NCBI GenBank assembly: GCA_964016885.1
Contig: OZ024740.1
Coordinates: 226,486,001 to 226,550,000, forward strand
Reading direction: 5' to 3'
DNA length: 64,000 nucleotides
DNA from: Eledone cirrhosa
Lineage: Eukaryota
Shown here piece after piece: positions 25,765 to 39,784 of the stretch. Numbering within the stretch: the first letter of the stretch is position 1; the number at the start of each line of letters is the position of its first letter. The notes under the pieces are model-generated. The model saw only the letters and a program-made list of their open reading frames with translations. It was not told the origin of the DNA and made no database searches. A program made the translations under genes and the position numbers.

Positions 25765-26165
25765 AAGCGAAAAGAGGTAAGTGACATAGTCACTAATTTA
25801 AAACCGATAGCGTATGGTCTTGAAAATGTTTTTAATTAAACATACGGTACATTGCCAATTATACTGTACATACATCCATTCATGTATTCATCGCTATTTC
25901 AGAACACCAATCCTAATACCTAATTTTTGCTGGACCAGCAATCGCTCTGTATAATCAGCTCCTGATTATTACTGGAATTCTATAAGAGGGAGTATGTGGC
26001 TCTGATGATCGCCAACAGTGTGAAACAGACTGTCAGCTTCTCTCCCTTCTTTCGCCGAAAAGAAGTAAGTGACATAGTCACTACTTTAAAACCGATAGCG
26101 TATGGTCTTGAAAATGTTTTTAATTAAACATACGGTATATTGCCAAATATACTATACATACAATC
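25765..26165 (+). mobile_element. retrozyme-like partial tandem (288-bp period), family H
   Basis: Direct repeat from 25768 and 26056 flanks an HHR; homologous to 45073-45662. Confidence 0.75.
25998..26038 (+). ncRNA. type I hammerhead ribozyme (family H)
   Basis: ggct CTGATGA tcgc caaca gtgt GAAA cagactg TC agct; GUC triplet; outer helix aagagggag / ctcccttctt. Confidence 0.7.
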
Positions 26166-26212
26166 ATATATATATATATATATATATATAAGCAAAAGGG
26201 ATATTTAATTTG

Positions 26213-26406
26213 ACGGCGGTGACTTGGCAGAATCGTTAGAGGGTCTGACGCCATGCTTTGCAGCATAGAGTTACGGCCCTTTCCATTCTGAGTTCAAATC
26301 CCGCCGAGGTTAACTTTGTCTTTCATCCTTACGGGGTCGATAAAATAAAGTACCAGTAATACACTGGGGTAATTGCTTCACTTGTGCCAAAAGTAGAAAC
26401 AATTAT
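26213..26406 (+). mobile_element. tRNA-derived SINE with Nin/Deu-like domain
   Basis: A box tggcagaatcg, B box gagttcaaatc, gcctttcatcc..ggggtcgataaa..taccag-like core; copies at 40365-40550, 59063-59248, 61665-61850 (-), 17340-17500 (-) and 41670-41770 (-). Confidence 0.8.
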
Positions 26407-28018
26407 AATATTATGAGTTGGTAGATCTAGTAAGTTCTTTGTTAACTTTGGTGGGAAGAATTTTAAAGATTCCTGATTAACTTTCTTGGAGAACATTCTT
26501 GCATTCATTGGTGGCGATTGTCAAACTGAGATCAGGTTGTGTTGTGATGTGTGACTCTATATATAAAAGAGATTTGGATGTGTCTGAAGTGTGGGGTGTC
26601 ATGTTAATGAGTGTGGGAGTGAAGGGGTGTTGATGAAGATTTAAAGGAATTAAAGCACACACACACGCATATATACATATATACACACAGAAAATGATGA
26701 TGGTTGACAGTAAGATAAGGTTGTTTAAGAAATTGGTTGAAAAAATCCCCTCCTGCTGGTTTTATTTCAATAGATGACCTTTGATGAATATAATGGCAGG
26801 TTGTTTTCACTGAATCAACTCTCTTACATTTATAAAGAATATCTTCTACAAATTTCTATATCAAAGATGAATTTAGGTGGTGGTGGTGGTGTTGGTGGTC
26901 GGTTATAGTGAGGTGTAAGATACATGTCTTTTGATAAGAATGGGATGACAGTAAAAAGAAAAAGGAAGGATAGTTTTGGAACATATGTCAGAAATATATG
27001 TTGTTGATATTGGTTTGGGAGGGGGAGTGGGGGGGGGGGGAATGCTAGCTCACATATTCACTTCCCTATATGTAAATATATTTACAGGCCATATATATTA
27101 CATACATACACACATACACACATACACACACATATATATGCACACATACATACACACACACACATATATATATATATACACATATATACACACACACGCA
27201 TCAAAGTAATCCCCTGGAGTCTAATGCACTTTTCCATCTTTTTCTGCCACGCTTGCATGCACTCCTGGAAGGATTCTTCCGGGATCCTCCGCAGTTCCGT
27301 CGTCACGGCCTTTTTGATGTCGTCCACGTCTTCAAAACGGGTCCCCTCCAGGTCGCACTCGAAGATCCATGACTCAGCACCGGTGATGGCTGTTCCTAGC
27401 AAGTCTGGTTTGGTTTCAAGACGCTCGAGGATGTCCTGACAATACTTGCATGCGTCGACCCTTCTGGTCATCGTTCAGCAGTTTTGGCACCATCTTCGCG
27501 CAGACTTTCCTCATGTCCAAATCTTCAGTGAGAATCTTCCAGACGCTGTCCCGATTCATGCCCAGCTCATTTGCCATCAGTTGAACAGTCAGCCGACGAT
27601 CGCTACTGCACCCTCTGCCTGACGCGCTCAACGTTGACCTCAGTCCTTGTTGTTGAGGGCCTTCCGCTCCTGGCTTCATCTTGCACCACTCAAAAGCACG
27701 TGAGCGTGACATCGTCTCATCTCCATACACTTGCTGCTGTAATCCCAGTGCTTCTGACGGAGTTTTCCCCAACCGTACTAGAAACTTCAAGTTTGTTCGT
27801 TGCTCAGTGCTCATTGCTCGACGACCTGAAACAGAGGACATGTATATCAAATTATGAAGAAAAAAGTTTGATCGCTGCAGAGAGCTAAGATTACAGTTAC
27901 ATACTCCAGGGGGATTACTTTGAAGGAGAAAACGCTTAGTGTGAAGTTTGGGTTTGAAATAAATGTTTTGTGACATCAGTCCTGGAACTTTTCTGACACA
28001 CCTCGTATATATACACCT

Positions 28019-28063
<45 letters not shown>

Positions 28064-29953
28064 CACACATATATATATACATACACACACATTCATATAT
28101 ATACACACACATATGCACACATACATATACACATACCTGTACACCTACAGACATATATACAAACACATCTACACACACATATATGTACACACATCTACTC
28201 AAGTATTTAAGTTCACATATACATTGGTGTGGGAAAGCGGGAATTAATGAAATGTTATTGTACCTCTGAAGGGTTTTTTTCACTTCAACGATCAAATGTT
28301 TGAAAGTACGGGTGACATCAACTTCTATTTTTCCTTTACAATATGAGATTTTTAAAGAAAAGAGAGAGGAGGAGAATCCCGTTACTTGAAGATGGAATAT
28401 CATATTGTTTAGCGGCTTTCACAATGTTGAAGTTCCTTGGATTGTGGGTGATGACAAAAGGGATAACTGTTTTTTCCACTTTATATCGTTGCTTTGTTTT
28501 TCTCAGTGTTGTCACTGGGATGTTCTGGGCTTTGGAGATGGCTGTGTTGATGAGGTTCACCTGATATTCTGGTTTTTTAAGGAACTCTTTTAATTCATAT
28601 AATCTTTTTCCCTGTAGTGTGGGGTGTGTTACTATGATGCAGATGCATCTTGCCATGTTAAAAGGAATGATCCTTTTTGTATGTGAGGGGTGTGCTGATG
28701 GAAATTCAAGTATTGGTGTGTGTCTGTTGATTTGTAAAATAAGTCCATTTTGATATTTTCCCCTTCCTTAATGATAAGGATATCCAGAAACGGTAGTTCC
28801 TTTTTATTACATTCCATGGTAAATTTTATTTCTTCGTGAAGATTGTTTATGATGGAATGGAATCTTTGGAGGTCTTCTTGGCTTCTATTCCAGAAGATGA
28901 AGCAGTTGTCTAGGTAGCATTTCCAGTTGTGATTAATGTAGGTGGCGAAGTCATGACTGAATGTTTCTTGCAGTTTGGAATGTAATTTTGCCTCTAGGTG
29001 ACCCATAATGAGTGTTGCATATGTTGGGGGCACTTTGATGCCCATGGCCGTTCCTTTTATTTGTAAATATAGTTCGTTATCAAAAAGGAAGTGGTTGTTT
29101 TCCAGTACTAATTTGAATCCTTCCAAAATACATTTTTGGGGGAATCTCTCTGAAATGTAGTCTGGGTGTTTTGTAATCCAGAAGTCAACAGCTTCAACTG
29201 CTAAGTCATGTGGGATGTTAATATATAAGCTTGTTACGCCAAAGCTGACTAAGATTGTTTCTTGGTGTACTTTCTGGGGGATATAGTTCAGGAATTCCAT
29301 AGCAAGCATATGAAGCTTGGCACTTTTTTACATAAGGGTTTCAGTATGATGTCTAATAGGTTGTTTAGACGTTGTGTGCTTGAGGCTAGACCTCTATAAA
29401 TTTGAGAGAGTTGATTCAGAGAAAACATCCTGCCATTATATTCATCAAAGGTCATCTATTGAAATAAACCCAGCAGGAGGGGATTTTTTACAACCAATTT
29501 CTTAAACACCCTTATCTTACTGTCAAGCGTCACCATTTTCTGTGTGTATATATATATGTATGTATGTGTGTGTATGTGCATGTGTGTGTGTGTATGCTTT
29601 AATTCCTTTAAATCTTCATCAACATTCCTTCACTCCCACACTCATTAACACCACACCCCACCCCCAGACACATCCAAATCTCTTTTGTATATAGAGTCAC
29701 ACATCTCAACACAACCTGATCTCAGTTTGACAACCGCCACCACGAATGCGAGAAAGTTCTCCAAGAAAGCTAACCAGGAATCTTTAAAATTCTTCCCACC
29801 GAAGTTAACAAAGAACTTACTAGATCTACCAACTCATAATATAATAATATTATAAAATTAAATCAAATTATTTAGAACTACAAGTGAAGCAATTCTTTTC
29901 CGTTTTTTTCAAATATACCTAATTGTACCAAGGATCTCACATATTTTCAAATA
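26405..29953 (-). mobile_element. Penelope-like element (family C) with 5' inverted pLTR, interrupted by mariner
   Basis: RT ORF 28632-29309 (SLYINIP, YLQIKGTAMG, WKCYLDN, LPFLDI, FYKSTDTHQYL) plus 28336-28656 (IPFVITHNP); 26405-26835 is inverted relative to 29395-29845. Confidence 0.9.
27200..28007 (-). mobile_element. internally deleted mariner transposon
   Basis: TIR tacgaggtgtgtcagaaaagttcc; EQRTNLKFLVRLGK.., WVP-like AKMVPKLL, ITGAESW, then a jump to the C-terminal GTRFEDVDDIKK..EKCI. Confidence 0.9.
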
Positions 29954-31039
29954 TATGTATATATATACAAATGGAAGTTCAGCATAATCGAAGCTCTGGC
30001 TGCAGCTAAGCTAACGAATGCAATCGGAATGTACAGCTAAGCACTCAATAAGGTATTTTACCTTGGAGTAATAACATTACGTTTAGACAGCTTGGCAAAT
30101 TGAAGACTGTGACCAGTAAGCCAGCCGCAAGGACTAAAGCAACGAGAAAACCAATTCAGGATAATTTGACATATATATATATGATCTAGATAGTTGAAGA
30201 TGGTGAAAATTACAGAACATATGCCTTCATCAACTCTCAACAGATCACAATGTCAGCACCTTCTGATAATACCACTCTTTTCAATGGTGCCAAACATTAA
30301 TATTAACAGGGAATGTCCTAGTTCTTTTGGTCTACAGTGCAGCATGCTTTTTCCCTGTAATACATACAAACCATTATCCATGCAGCTGTAGACATTCAAT
30401 CATGAAACAACTTCCTTGATTTACTACTCAGTGAAAATTTGTACTTTGCTTTCAGCTTTGGTATTTTACCTTACATATATCTGCCATGTGTATGCTGCAG
30501 CATTTTTGCATCCCTCTTCAGTTTATAAATCACTATTCTGCTATTCCTCATAATTCTAATCCCAGCCAGGTAGGACATAGTGTATATAGCTACATACTTA
30601 CAACATTTCACCAGTATTGGAAGCACCATAAACTACCATTCTCTTGCCTCATATGATTCCCTAAGACCTTCCTATTGTAGACCTTTCATTTCAAGTGCAA
30701 ACTCCATATTGCCACCCCAAAACAACATTGATTCAACATTCAGGACATTTATTGCCATATCAGATTATTATTGTAATATGACTTGGTAATACAAACACTA
30801 TCTTCAATTTCAACTGTGCCTTTCCACAGTAAATTTGTATGCCATAAAGAAATGAGAATAATGATGTTTTGAACAAAACCCTTCATCAGTGTGAGAAAAT
30901 GTATGCTTGTGATAGCAAAAGTGTATGAGCAAGGAAAAAGATATAAATCTGCACAATGCCTAAAAATCTTTACATTTGGTAGATCTCACATGTACTTATT
31001 AGTAAATTGAATTATCTAGTCATGTGACAAGTATAAATA

Positions 31040-32450
31040 TAGAAGAAATTCCAAACATGGAAGCACGGCCTAGAATCAAAAGGCCTTAAAATTAACATGG
31101 CTAAGACTAAAGTTCTAGTTTGTAGGAAAGAAAATAAGGCGCCGGTCCCTTCCGGGAAATGGCCATGCTCAGTGTGTAGGAAAGGCGTAGGTAGAAACTC
31201 CATTTTATGTCCCAAATGCAAAGTATGGGTGCATAAAAGATGTAGTGGGATCACAGGTAAGCTAACTAAGAACACAGATTTTACATGTGGCCGGTGCTCT
31301 GGTGCAATAAGTAGCAGCAAGTGCCCACAAAATACTAGCTCTTTCAACTGCGCAGAGGGTTCTATAGAAATAGTGGACAGCTTCCGTTACCTGGGTGACA
31401 AAATCAGCAGTGGGGGAGGGTGCTCCGAAAGTACAGTAGCTAGAGTCAGAACTGGATGGAAAAAGTTCAGAGAGCTTATACCACTATTAGCCGCTAAAGG
31501 GTTCTCCCTAAAAGTGAAAGGCAGGTTGTATGATGCCTGCATACGAACAGCAATGTTGCATGGCAGTGAGACCTGGGCATTGTGTGCAGAGGATATACGC
31601 AGACTAGAGAGGAACGAAGCTTGCATGCTCCGCTGGATGTGTAATAGTAATATACGCGAACGGCAAAGCATAAACGAACTAAGGAAAAAATTAGAAATAA
31701 GAGGGATCAGATGTTGTTTACTCGAGAGAAGGCTATGTTGGTATGGTCACGTGATGCGCATGAAAGACGACAGCTGTATAACAAAGTGCAGGGCAATAAA
31801 GATAGACGATAGCCACGGAGTAGGCAGACCCAGAAAAACCTGGGACGAGCTGATAAATTCCGACCTCACACACTTACACCTCTCCAAGACAATGTCACTG
31901 GACCGAGAGCTTTGGCGGTACTCAGTAATAGAGAAGACCCGCGTTACCTAAATACAAAGTAAAACCTACTACAGTCAGTAGGCATCTCTAACAAAATACA
32001 CCCCCGTCCCACCACCCCCACCCTATCCACACCGCCCCTTTCAATGTAAAGTTATGTTGGTGCCACAAAATCCAGGCCGAAACAAATGAGATCGTGTAGG
32101 TATCACGACAAAAAAACAGTCCACGCTGTAATGTGACCGTGTAGGCAACACGGTAAAAACGTCCCAGTCCCACACTGTAAATGTGGTTGGTTTAGGAAGG
32201 GCATCCAGCTGTAGAAAACCTGCCAGACAGTCCACGCTGTAATGTGGCCATGTAGGCAACACGGTAAAAACCTCCCAGCCCCACACTGTAAATGTGGTTG
32301 GTGTTAGGAAGGGCATCCAACTGAAAACCCGCCAGACAGTCCTATGCGAGCAAGACAACCACTCTTGCCTCAAGTGGGAAAACTCCCGTCCAAACCCATG
32401 CAAGCATGGAACACGGACGTTAAACGATAATGATGATGATGATGATGATG

Positions 32451-32452
<2 letters not shown>
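31040..32452 (+). mobile_element. 5'-truncated RTE LINE with an uninterrupted 284-aa C-terminal ORF
   Basis: ORF 31097-31951 (Cys finger, FRYLG, MLHGSETW, WYGHV, GRPRKTW); 3' UTR and (GAT)n tail. Confidence 0.95.
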
Positions 32453-32493
<41 letters not shown>

Positions 32494-32614
32494 AAGAGAG
32501 TGATGGGGTTATTAGGGCTGATCCAGTAACTTGTTACACTAAACCAGCCTTAATAAATTTTTAATCTCTTCTGTGATATTCAGTACTGATTTATATATAT
32601 ATATATATATATAT

Positions 32615-32789
32615 TCATTTTATTAACGCTAAATAATAAGTCTTGTTACTCTGGAGTTTTGCCTGACCATGTGATAAAGCAGCAAAACTCCAGAGTAATA
32701 AGACTCACTATTTAGCCTTAATATAATGAATATCTAAACTCTCCTACAGTATTGAGTACTCTTTTCTCTTAGCTGTCAAACACATACTG

Positions 32790-32790
<1 letters not shown>
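32615..32790. repeat. fold-back element (putative pLTR remnant)
   Basis: Inverted repeat 32615-32662 / 32681-32731; carries the gtattgagtac motif. Confidence 0.6.
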
Positions 32791-32872
<82 letters not shown>

Positions 32873-33843
32873 AAAGTGATCTAATGCGCACAATCAGCTA
32901 GGAATATGAACAAAATTGAGATTAATCAGGAGGTGATCAATATCTTTGATATAAGTGTAGCAGTATTATAATGCATTGATGTGAAACTATGTGTCAGCTT
33001 CCCAGGTTGAGCTCATATCCAGATTCTCATATGCATTTATTTAGCTCAGAGAGAGATGAGGTAAGCTTGATATATTTTTGGAGAGAAACAAAATCTTCAT
33101 TGGTGACCTGATAATCCAATGTCATTAGACTCACTGCAACATTTCAGAAATGAATACTGAATTCATTTCCATATTTCTTTTGCTTTGGTAGCTCAGATGC
33201 AATCATTTAAGAGTGAACACACCGTATTTTTTCTTTTTTTTTTTTGTTATTCCATTTCCATTCTTTATGTTTGCTTTATATCTTCGTAATGTTTTGAGAA
33301 TGTTTAAGAATTAAAAGATCATATAAGTGTGAAAAGAAGCATCTTTTGATTTTGAAATAGTCTCTCTTGCAATTCTTTAATCTGTATTGGAAATATCACA
33401 GAGAGCTTTTGCATTTCTTCAATCCATTTCACTTGTAGTATATATGGATGTTACATTCGGTACCCATAGGTATTGGCATAGATATTGCACAAAGGTCATC
33501 TAATATCCAAAACCCTTGAGACATCGTGCAGAAAGTTTCTATTCATATAAAATGTATAAATCAGTTCCATATTGATTCTCTTCCAACTGAAGCAAATGAA
33601 AAAATATTTATTTATTAAAGCAACCATTATTTGTTCACCAACTACTTATTCCCCATGACTTTGAATATGCAAATATTTCTTTCCTGATAGAAAAAAAGTG
33701 ATGTATTTATTGTACATACATAAATATATATATATGTGTATATATATATATATGTATATATATGTATATATATATATATATATATTATATCTATCTCTAT
33801 ATATATATATTATATCTATCTATATATATATATATTATATCTA

Positions 33844-33891
<48 letters not shown>

Positions 33892-33917
33892 GTATGTAAA
33901 AGTTAAAGAGAAATAAC

Positions 33918-33968
<51 letters not shown>

Positions 33969-34461
33969 GGAGAGAGATAAATACACACACAACACATATA
34001 ATATATATGTAACTATTTGTAAATTTATTCATTTATCTATCCATGAGTTTATATATATAAAGATATAGATATATACACACACACACACATATATTGATCA
34101 ATGGACATCTGTTGGTTTTGACGATGAATGTTTCAGAAGTTCGATAAACGGAACCTCCTTCTTATGAAATTAACATGAAATTAACTGAGCATCTCCCAGA
34201 CATGTGTACAATTTATGTAATTCTCAGGGAGATTCAACATTTCAGCATGACACAATGTGTGACTAGGCTAGCCCTTTGAATTGTAACATCTAATGAGATT
34301 CAAAACAGTGCCTGTCTACTCTATTTCACTCACATGGCATAGGTTGACCTGTGGCTATGGTAAATGACATTTGTCCAAGATGTCATGCAATGGGATTGAA
34401 TCCAGGACCTAATAATTGCAAAGCCAACTCCTAACACCTTTAACCATGTTCTATGTGTGTT

Positions 34462-34797
34462 TACGTGGCTTAGTGGTTCGAGCATAGGCCTTGCAATCGA
34501 AAGGTTGTGAGTTCAATTCTCAGACCGAGTTGTTTCCTTGAGCAAGACACTTTATTTCACATTGCTCCAGTTTACTCAGCTGTAGAAATGAGATGATAGG
34601 GACTGAGGTCCATATCATTCCACTGCAAAGTGGTCGTGGAGGTGCCACAGCAAAAAAGCACCCAGCACTCACTGTAAATGAGGTTGGTGTTAGGAAGGGC
34701 ATCCAGCTGTAGAAATCAAGCCAGAATCAGTTCCCGTCCCACCCTTGCAAGCAGGGAAAAGCGGACGTAAAATGAAATGAAATGAAAAATGAATGAT
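34462..34797 (+). mobile_element. tRNA-derived SINE with RTE-derived tail
   Basis: A box tggcttagtggt, B box gagttcaattc, ccttgagcaagacac body, tail matching RTE 3' ends; copies at 51556-51838 and 53757-54100. Confidence 0.85.
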
Positions 34798-35001
34798 ATA
34801 AGAGGGTCAGCTGAAAAGTTCATAGGCTGACCAAGATACTCTCACGGAATGACCAAATGTGGTTTATTTTTCAACCTAGTCTCTGGAAAGAAACAATGCA
34901 GTTATAAATGAGAAGAGTTGAAATTAATGTATGCAAGATTTCACAGTTCTAGCATCAATCCTTCATAACCAGCCTATGAACTTTTCAGCCTTCCCTTGTA
35001 T
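34798..35001. mobile_element. mariner-type MITE
   Basis: Homologous to 478-676, with TIRs. Confidence 0.8.
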
Positions 35002-35018
35002 ATAAATATATATATATT

Positions 35019-37255
35019 ATCATCATCATCATTGTTTAACGTCTATCTTCCACACTAGATCAGTTAGATGGGAATTGTCTCACTTGAGACAAGATTGGTC
35101 GATTGACTGTGTCTCACTCGTATAGGACTGTATCTGGCAGGTTTTCTATGGTTGGATGCCCTTCCTAACACCAACCACATTTACAGTGTGGACTGGGAGC
35201 CTTTTAACCATGTCTCCTACACGACCACTTTACAGCGTGGGCTGGGGATTTTTTTGTCATGACACCTACACGACTTATTTTAGTTTGTACTGGATGTTGT
35301 GGTACCAACATAACTTTACAGAGAAAGGGTGGTGTTGGTAGGGGTGGGAGGATGGAGTAGGGGTAGTGGGTTGATGTGTATATTTGGTTAAGAGGTGCCT
35401 CCTGACTGTAGGTTAACTTTGTACCTATAGAAGGCGGATCTTCTGTATTTCCGCGTAGCACCAAAGATCTCAATCCAGTGACATTGTCTTGGAGAGGGGT
35501 GTAAGTGTGCAAGGTTGAATTTTATCATGTCGTCCCAGGTTTTTATGGGTCTGCCTACTCCATAACTACCATCAATTTTGATTGCCCTGCTCTTTTTTAT
35601 ACATCTGTCGTCTTTCATGCACATCACGTAACCATACCAACGTAGTCTTCTCTCGAGTAAACACCATCTGATCCCTCTTATTCCTAATTTCTCACTTAGT
35701 TCGTCTATGTTTTGCCATTCATGTATATTACTATTACACATCTAATGGAGCATGCATGCTTCATTCCTTTCCAGTCTGCGCAGGTCCTCTGCACACAATG
35801 CCATGTCTCACTGCCATGTAACATTGCTGTTCATATATAAGCATCATACAATCTGCCTTTCATTTTTAGAGAGAAACCTTTTGTGTCCAACAGTGGTATT
35901 AGCTCTCTGAACTTTTTCCATCCCATTCTAATTCTGGCTACTGTACTTTCAGAGCACCCTCCACCACTGCTGATTTTGTCATCCAGGTAATGGAAAGTGT
36001 CCACTATTTCTATAGAACCATCTGGACAGTAGAAAGAGCTAGTATCCTGTGGGCACTTGCTACTTATTGCACCTGAGCATCAGCCACATATAAAATCTAC
36101 ATTCTTAGATAGCTTGCCTGTGATCCCACTACATCTTTCAAGTACCCATAGTTTGCAGTTGGGGCATAGAATGGAATGTGTACCTACTCCTTTGCTACAC
36201 ACTGAGCATGGCTATTTTCCAGAGGGCACTTGTGCCCTATTTTCCTTTCTACATACTAGAACTTAGACAAGTTAACTTTAAGGCCTTTAGATTCTAGGCC
36301 ATGCTTCCATGTTTGGAATTTCTTCTCTAGTTCAGCCTTAGATTCAGCTATAAGAGTTAGATTATCTGCATATAGAAGTTCCCATGGGAAGCCAGTCTTA
36401 AACTCCTCTGTTATAGCCTTAGGGCAATAATAAACAGAAAGGGAGCTAAGGTCGGAGCTTTGATGAACACCTACTTTCACGCTAAATTCTTCACTATATT
36501 CATTGTTAATTCTAACTTTGCTGACTGTTTCTTTATACATGGCTTGTATAGCTCTCACAAGCCATTCATCTACTCCTAGTTTTCTAAGGGCCCACCAGAT
36601 AATGGAATGGAGGACTCTGTCAAAGGCTTGCTCCAAGTCAACAAAAACTAAATGTAGAGAGGTTTACTTATAGCTAGGTACTTCTCCTGCAGATGTCACA
36701 CAAGGAAAATAGCATCCGTGATACTATTACGTGGTACAAATCCAAACTGCATTTCATCTAGATCAATTCAGTCTCTAATCAATTGTACAATAACTCTTTC
36801 TGTGACCTTCATGACCTGGTCAACTAACTTGATGCCTCTATAGTTTTCTCTATCTAGAGCGTCTCCTTTGCCCTTGTAGCAGTTAACAACGATGCTGCTA
36901 CACCAGTCATTTGGTATGACCCCATTCTGTATTTCTTGTTTTACTATCCGGGTGACCATAGTGTGTCTCACCATTCCAGATGCTTTTAACATCTCAGCAA
37001 CTATCTCCGAAGGTCCAGCTGCTTTGCATATCTTTGATTGCCTTACTTATTATACTACCTTCAACTTGCACAGCTGGTCCTGCTATTGGATCGATTTGGG
37101 GCAGGCTATCTTTCTCCCATTTATTCTCCTCATTTAGTAGCCTCTCGTAGTGACACTTCCAAGCTACCTTCTTATCAGTATCAGTGAGGGCAAGTACACC
37201 ATCATCGTTATTGATACACTTCTCCCCGACAATATCATAGTTTTTCTTGACACAT
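35019..37255 (-). mobile_element. degenerate RTE LINE
   Basis: Frameshifted RT fragments (ORFs 36768-36992, 36256-36636 with LLYADN, 35388-35741) collinear with 19189-21350. Confidence 0.9.
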
Positions 37256-39784
37256 TGTGTTATATATATATATATATATATATACGTGTGTGTGTGTGTA
37301 TTTATGTATATTTGTATGTATTTGTCTCTCTCTCTCATTCTCTCTCTCACCTCTCTCTCTCTCATTATCTCTTTCATTCTCTCTCTCACTCTCTCTTTCT
37401 CTCTCTCTCATTCACTCTCTCTCTCACTCTCTCTCACTCAGTATATATATATATATATTGTTGCTGTCTCCTTATTGCTCTGTAATATATAAAGTATGAA
37501 ATGGAAGAGAAAGGCTGTGTAAAAACTAGTAAAAGGAGTTTGGGAGAAGAAACTACATTCAGCAATAAAAAATAGGGAATAAAAACTGAATTTAAATGTT
37601 TATTGTGTTAATGTGACAGATTTGACAATAACAATTTGGCATAACATTGCAGTAAAAGATAAAAATACTAAGAGATGCAAATGTATGTAGAATATGTACA
37701 CATTTCCCAGTATTTAGTTGTATCCTCAGTCATTATACTCACTGAAACCAAAATACAATTGGTCATATAATTGTGAGAATGTATTATAGAGATGTTTTAG
37801 ATCATAAACATTTTAAAGATGTGCTTATTCTTTACTTCTTCTATATTAAATGTGTGAGTCACAGCTGGTGATACTCTTAGAAACAATAGGTTATTGCTGT
37901 TTCAAATATTGATAACTGTGTTTTGACTGAACTTAGCTGAGCTGAAATTGGCTGAGCTGAGTGAATGATATATTTCATTAAATTATTGTTGCTATTGTTG
38001 TTTAAGTTAACTCTAATTGAACAGACTATAATCAGAGCTGTTCTGTCCATGACCATCCCATTTTTTATTCAGATGTAGTGTATGCAAAAAAAGACCATTG
38101 ATTTCCCTAATCTGTAAAAATAATATACTCAGAACATCAAAGTCAACCTCTAGCTCAAGCCAGATATCAGCCAAATGCCTATACTTGACCTCAGACACTA
38201 TTCCTATTTCCTGTTAAACCAACCACTGACCCACGCTAACTACTGGTATAGTGGAGACAGGCGTCATCAAACTGCAGCCATCATATTACATTGTTTCTGT
38301 ATAATAAAAGTTATTATCATCTAAGTCTACATTGTCCAAAAATTATTTTATTTATTTTATTTCGTAGTTAAATCATCTGGCTTAATAATAAGGGGGTTGG
38401 TCTCTTGATCATAAGGTTGTGAGTTTGATTCCAAGACTAGGCAGTGCATCCTGTTTTTTATATGAACAGGGTTGAAGAAGAAGAAAAAAAAGAGAAAATA
38501 AAAGAGAACAAAAACCAACATGCAGTGCCTTACTTAAAACAAAAACATAATGTGCACCAAAATTCAAAGAATGATAGACAGACAGAGGACTCTGTGAACA
38601 CATAGAATAGCCAGACAAAGACCTTCTAATTCAGGATTTAGGCAACTAATTAAGTTTACTAGAAGATTTACTTGAAGATTCTCATATCAGACAGTTAAAA
38701 TTCTCATTGGTTTCTTTGGTGTTATTAAGGACAAGAAAACTGTAGTACATGATGTGAATAAGAAATTGGTTGCCATTGAAAATGGAGACTGTATAAGAAG
38801 AGGGATTCATAAAGGAAGGAGTTATTTACAATGATCTGGTTTATCTTTAAAATTCTAAAACTGAAAATGGTAAATTGGCAGTTGGTAAAATCCTAAAAGC
38901 CACCTTTATTAGAGAGGAGACAACCAGTAATGTGTTTCCTTAAATTGAGATAGATATTCCTACAAGGAGAAAGATGAAGATTTAGCCAAGAATAGGCACC
39001 AACTTTGCAGCACACTATTTTAGGGTGATGGGAAGAATCAACATATTATATAATTTATTGGTAGAAAATTATTTAAAAAATGTCTGCACTTAATGGTTGT
39101 GTGTGTGTGTGTGTGTGTGTGTGCGTGCATGCGTGCGTGCGTGCGTGCGTGCGTGTGTGTGTGCGTGTGTATGTGTGTGTGTTTGTGTGTGTGTGGTAAG
39201 AAAATTGTGAGAAATTAGTGCAGTAAAGAGAATGAAATTCAGAGAAGAGTGAATATGTTGGTTTTCTCATAGTGATATTTTGAGTTTAAGCAGTGTTAGG
39301 TAAGTGGATTGCATAAATATTCTCTTTGCTAAGGATTAGAGAGCTTACCTGAAGTTGGAATAAGAAAATGTTTGTTGATACTAATTTGTAATGAATTAGA
39401 AAATAGTTTAATGTCTGGAAGAACAAATATTCACTTACCTCTAGCTCAAATCTTTGAATCTCCATATACAACTGATTCAACTTGAAAATAACAGTAAAGC
39501 TTTATAGTAGATATATGTTACACCACAGTATTCTTGTAGACTCATATAAACAGATCACAGTATCTTTTTATAACAGTAACAACTCAGGAAAACAAACAAG
39601 TAGTTCACACTATCTATGCAAATATAAAGAAACATGAAACTCAACATTCATTGATTTAGTCATTACATCACTGTCTTTTCCTTTATTTCCAGAAAAAAGG
39701 ATTTCTCAACTATTATTTAGAGTGATTGAGTATTATCATTATGGTCATTTGCATTGGAACATACACATTTCAAACTATTATTAT

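Noticed and set aside
30862-30895. CTGATGAagggttttgttcAAAAcatc on the minus strand (and a similar decayed motif at 54415-54450)
   Set aside because: GAAA or CUGA is missing and the stems are weak; at most ancient HHR remnants.
33250-33600. Acceptor-like tttcatttgcttcag on the minus strand followed by non-repetitive sequence
   Set aside because: All three frames stop within about 30 codons; no support for an exon.
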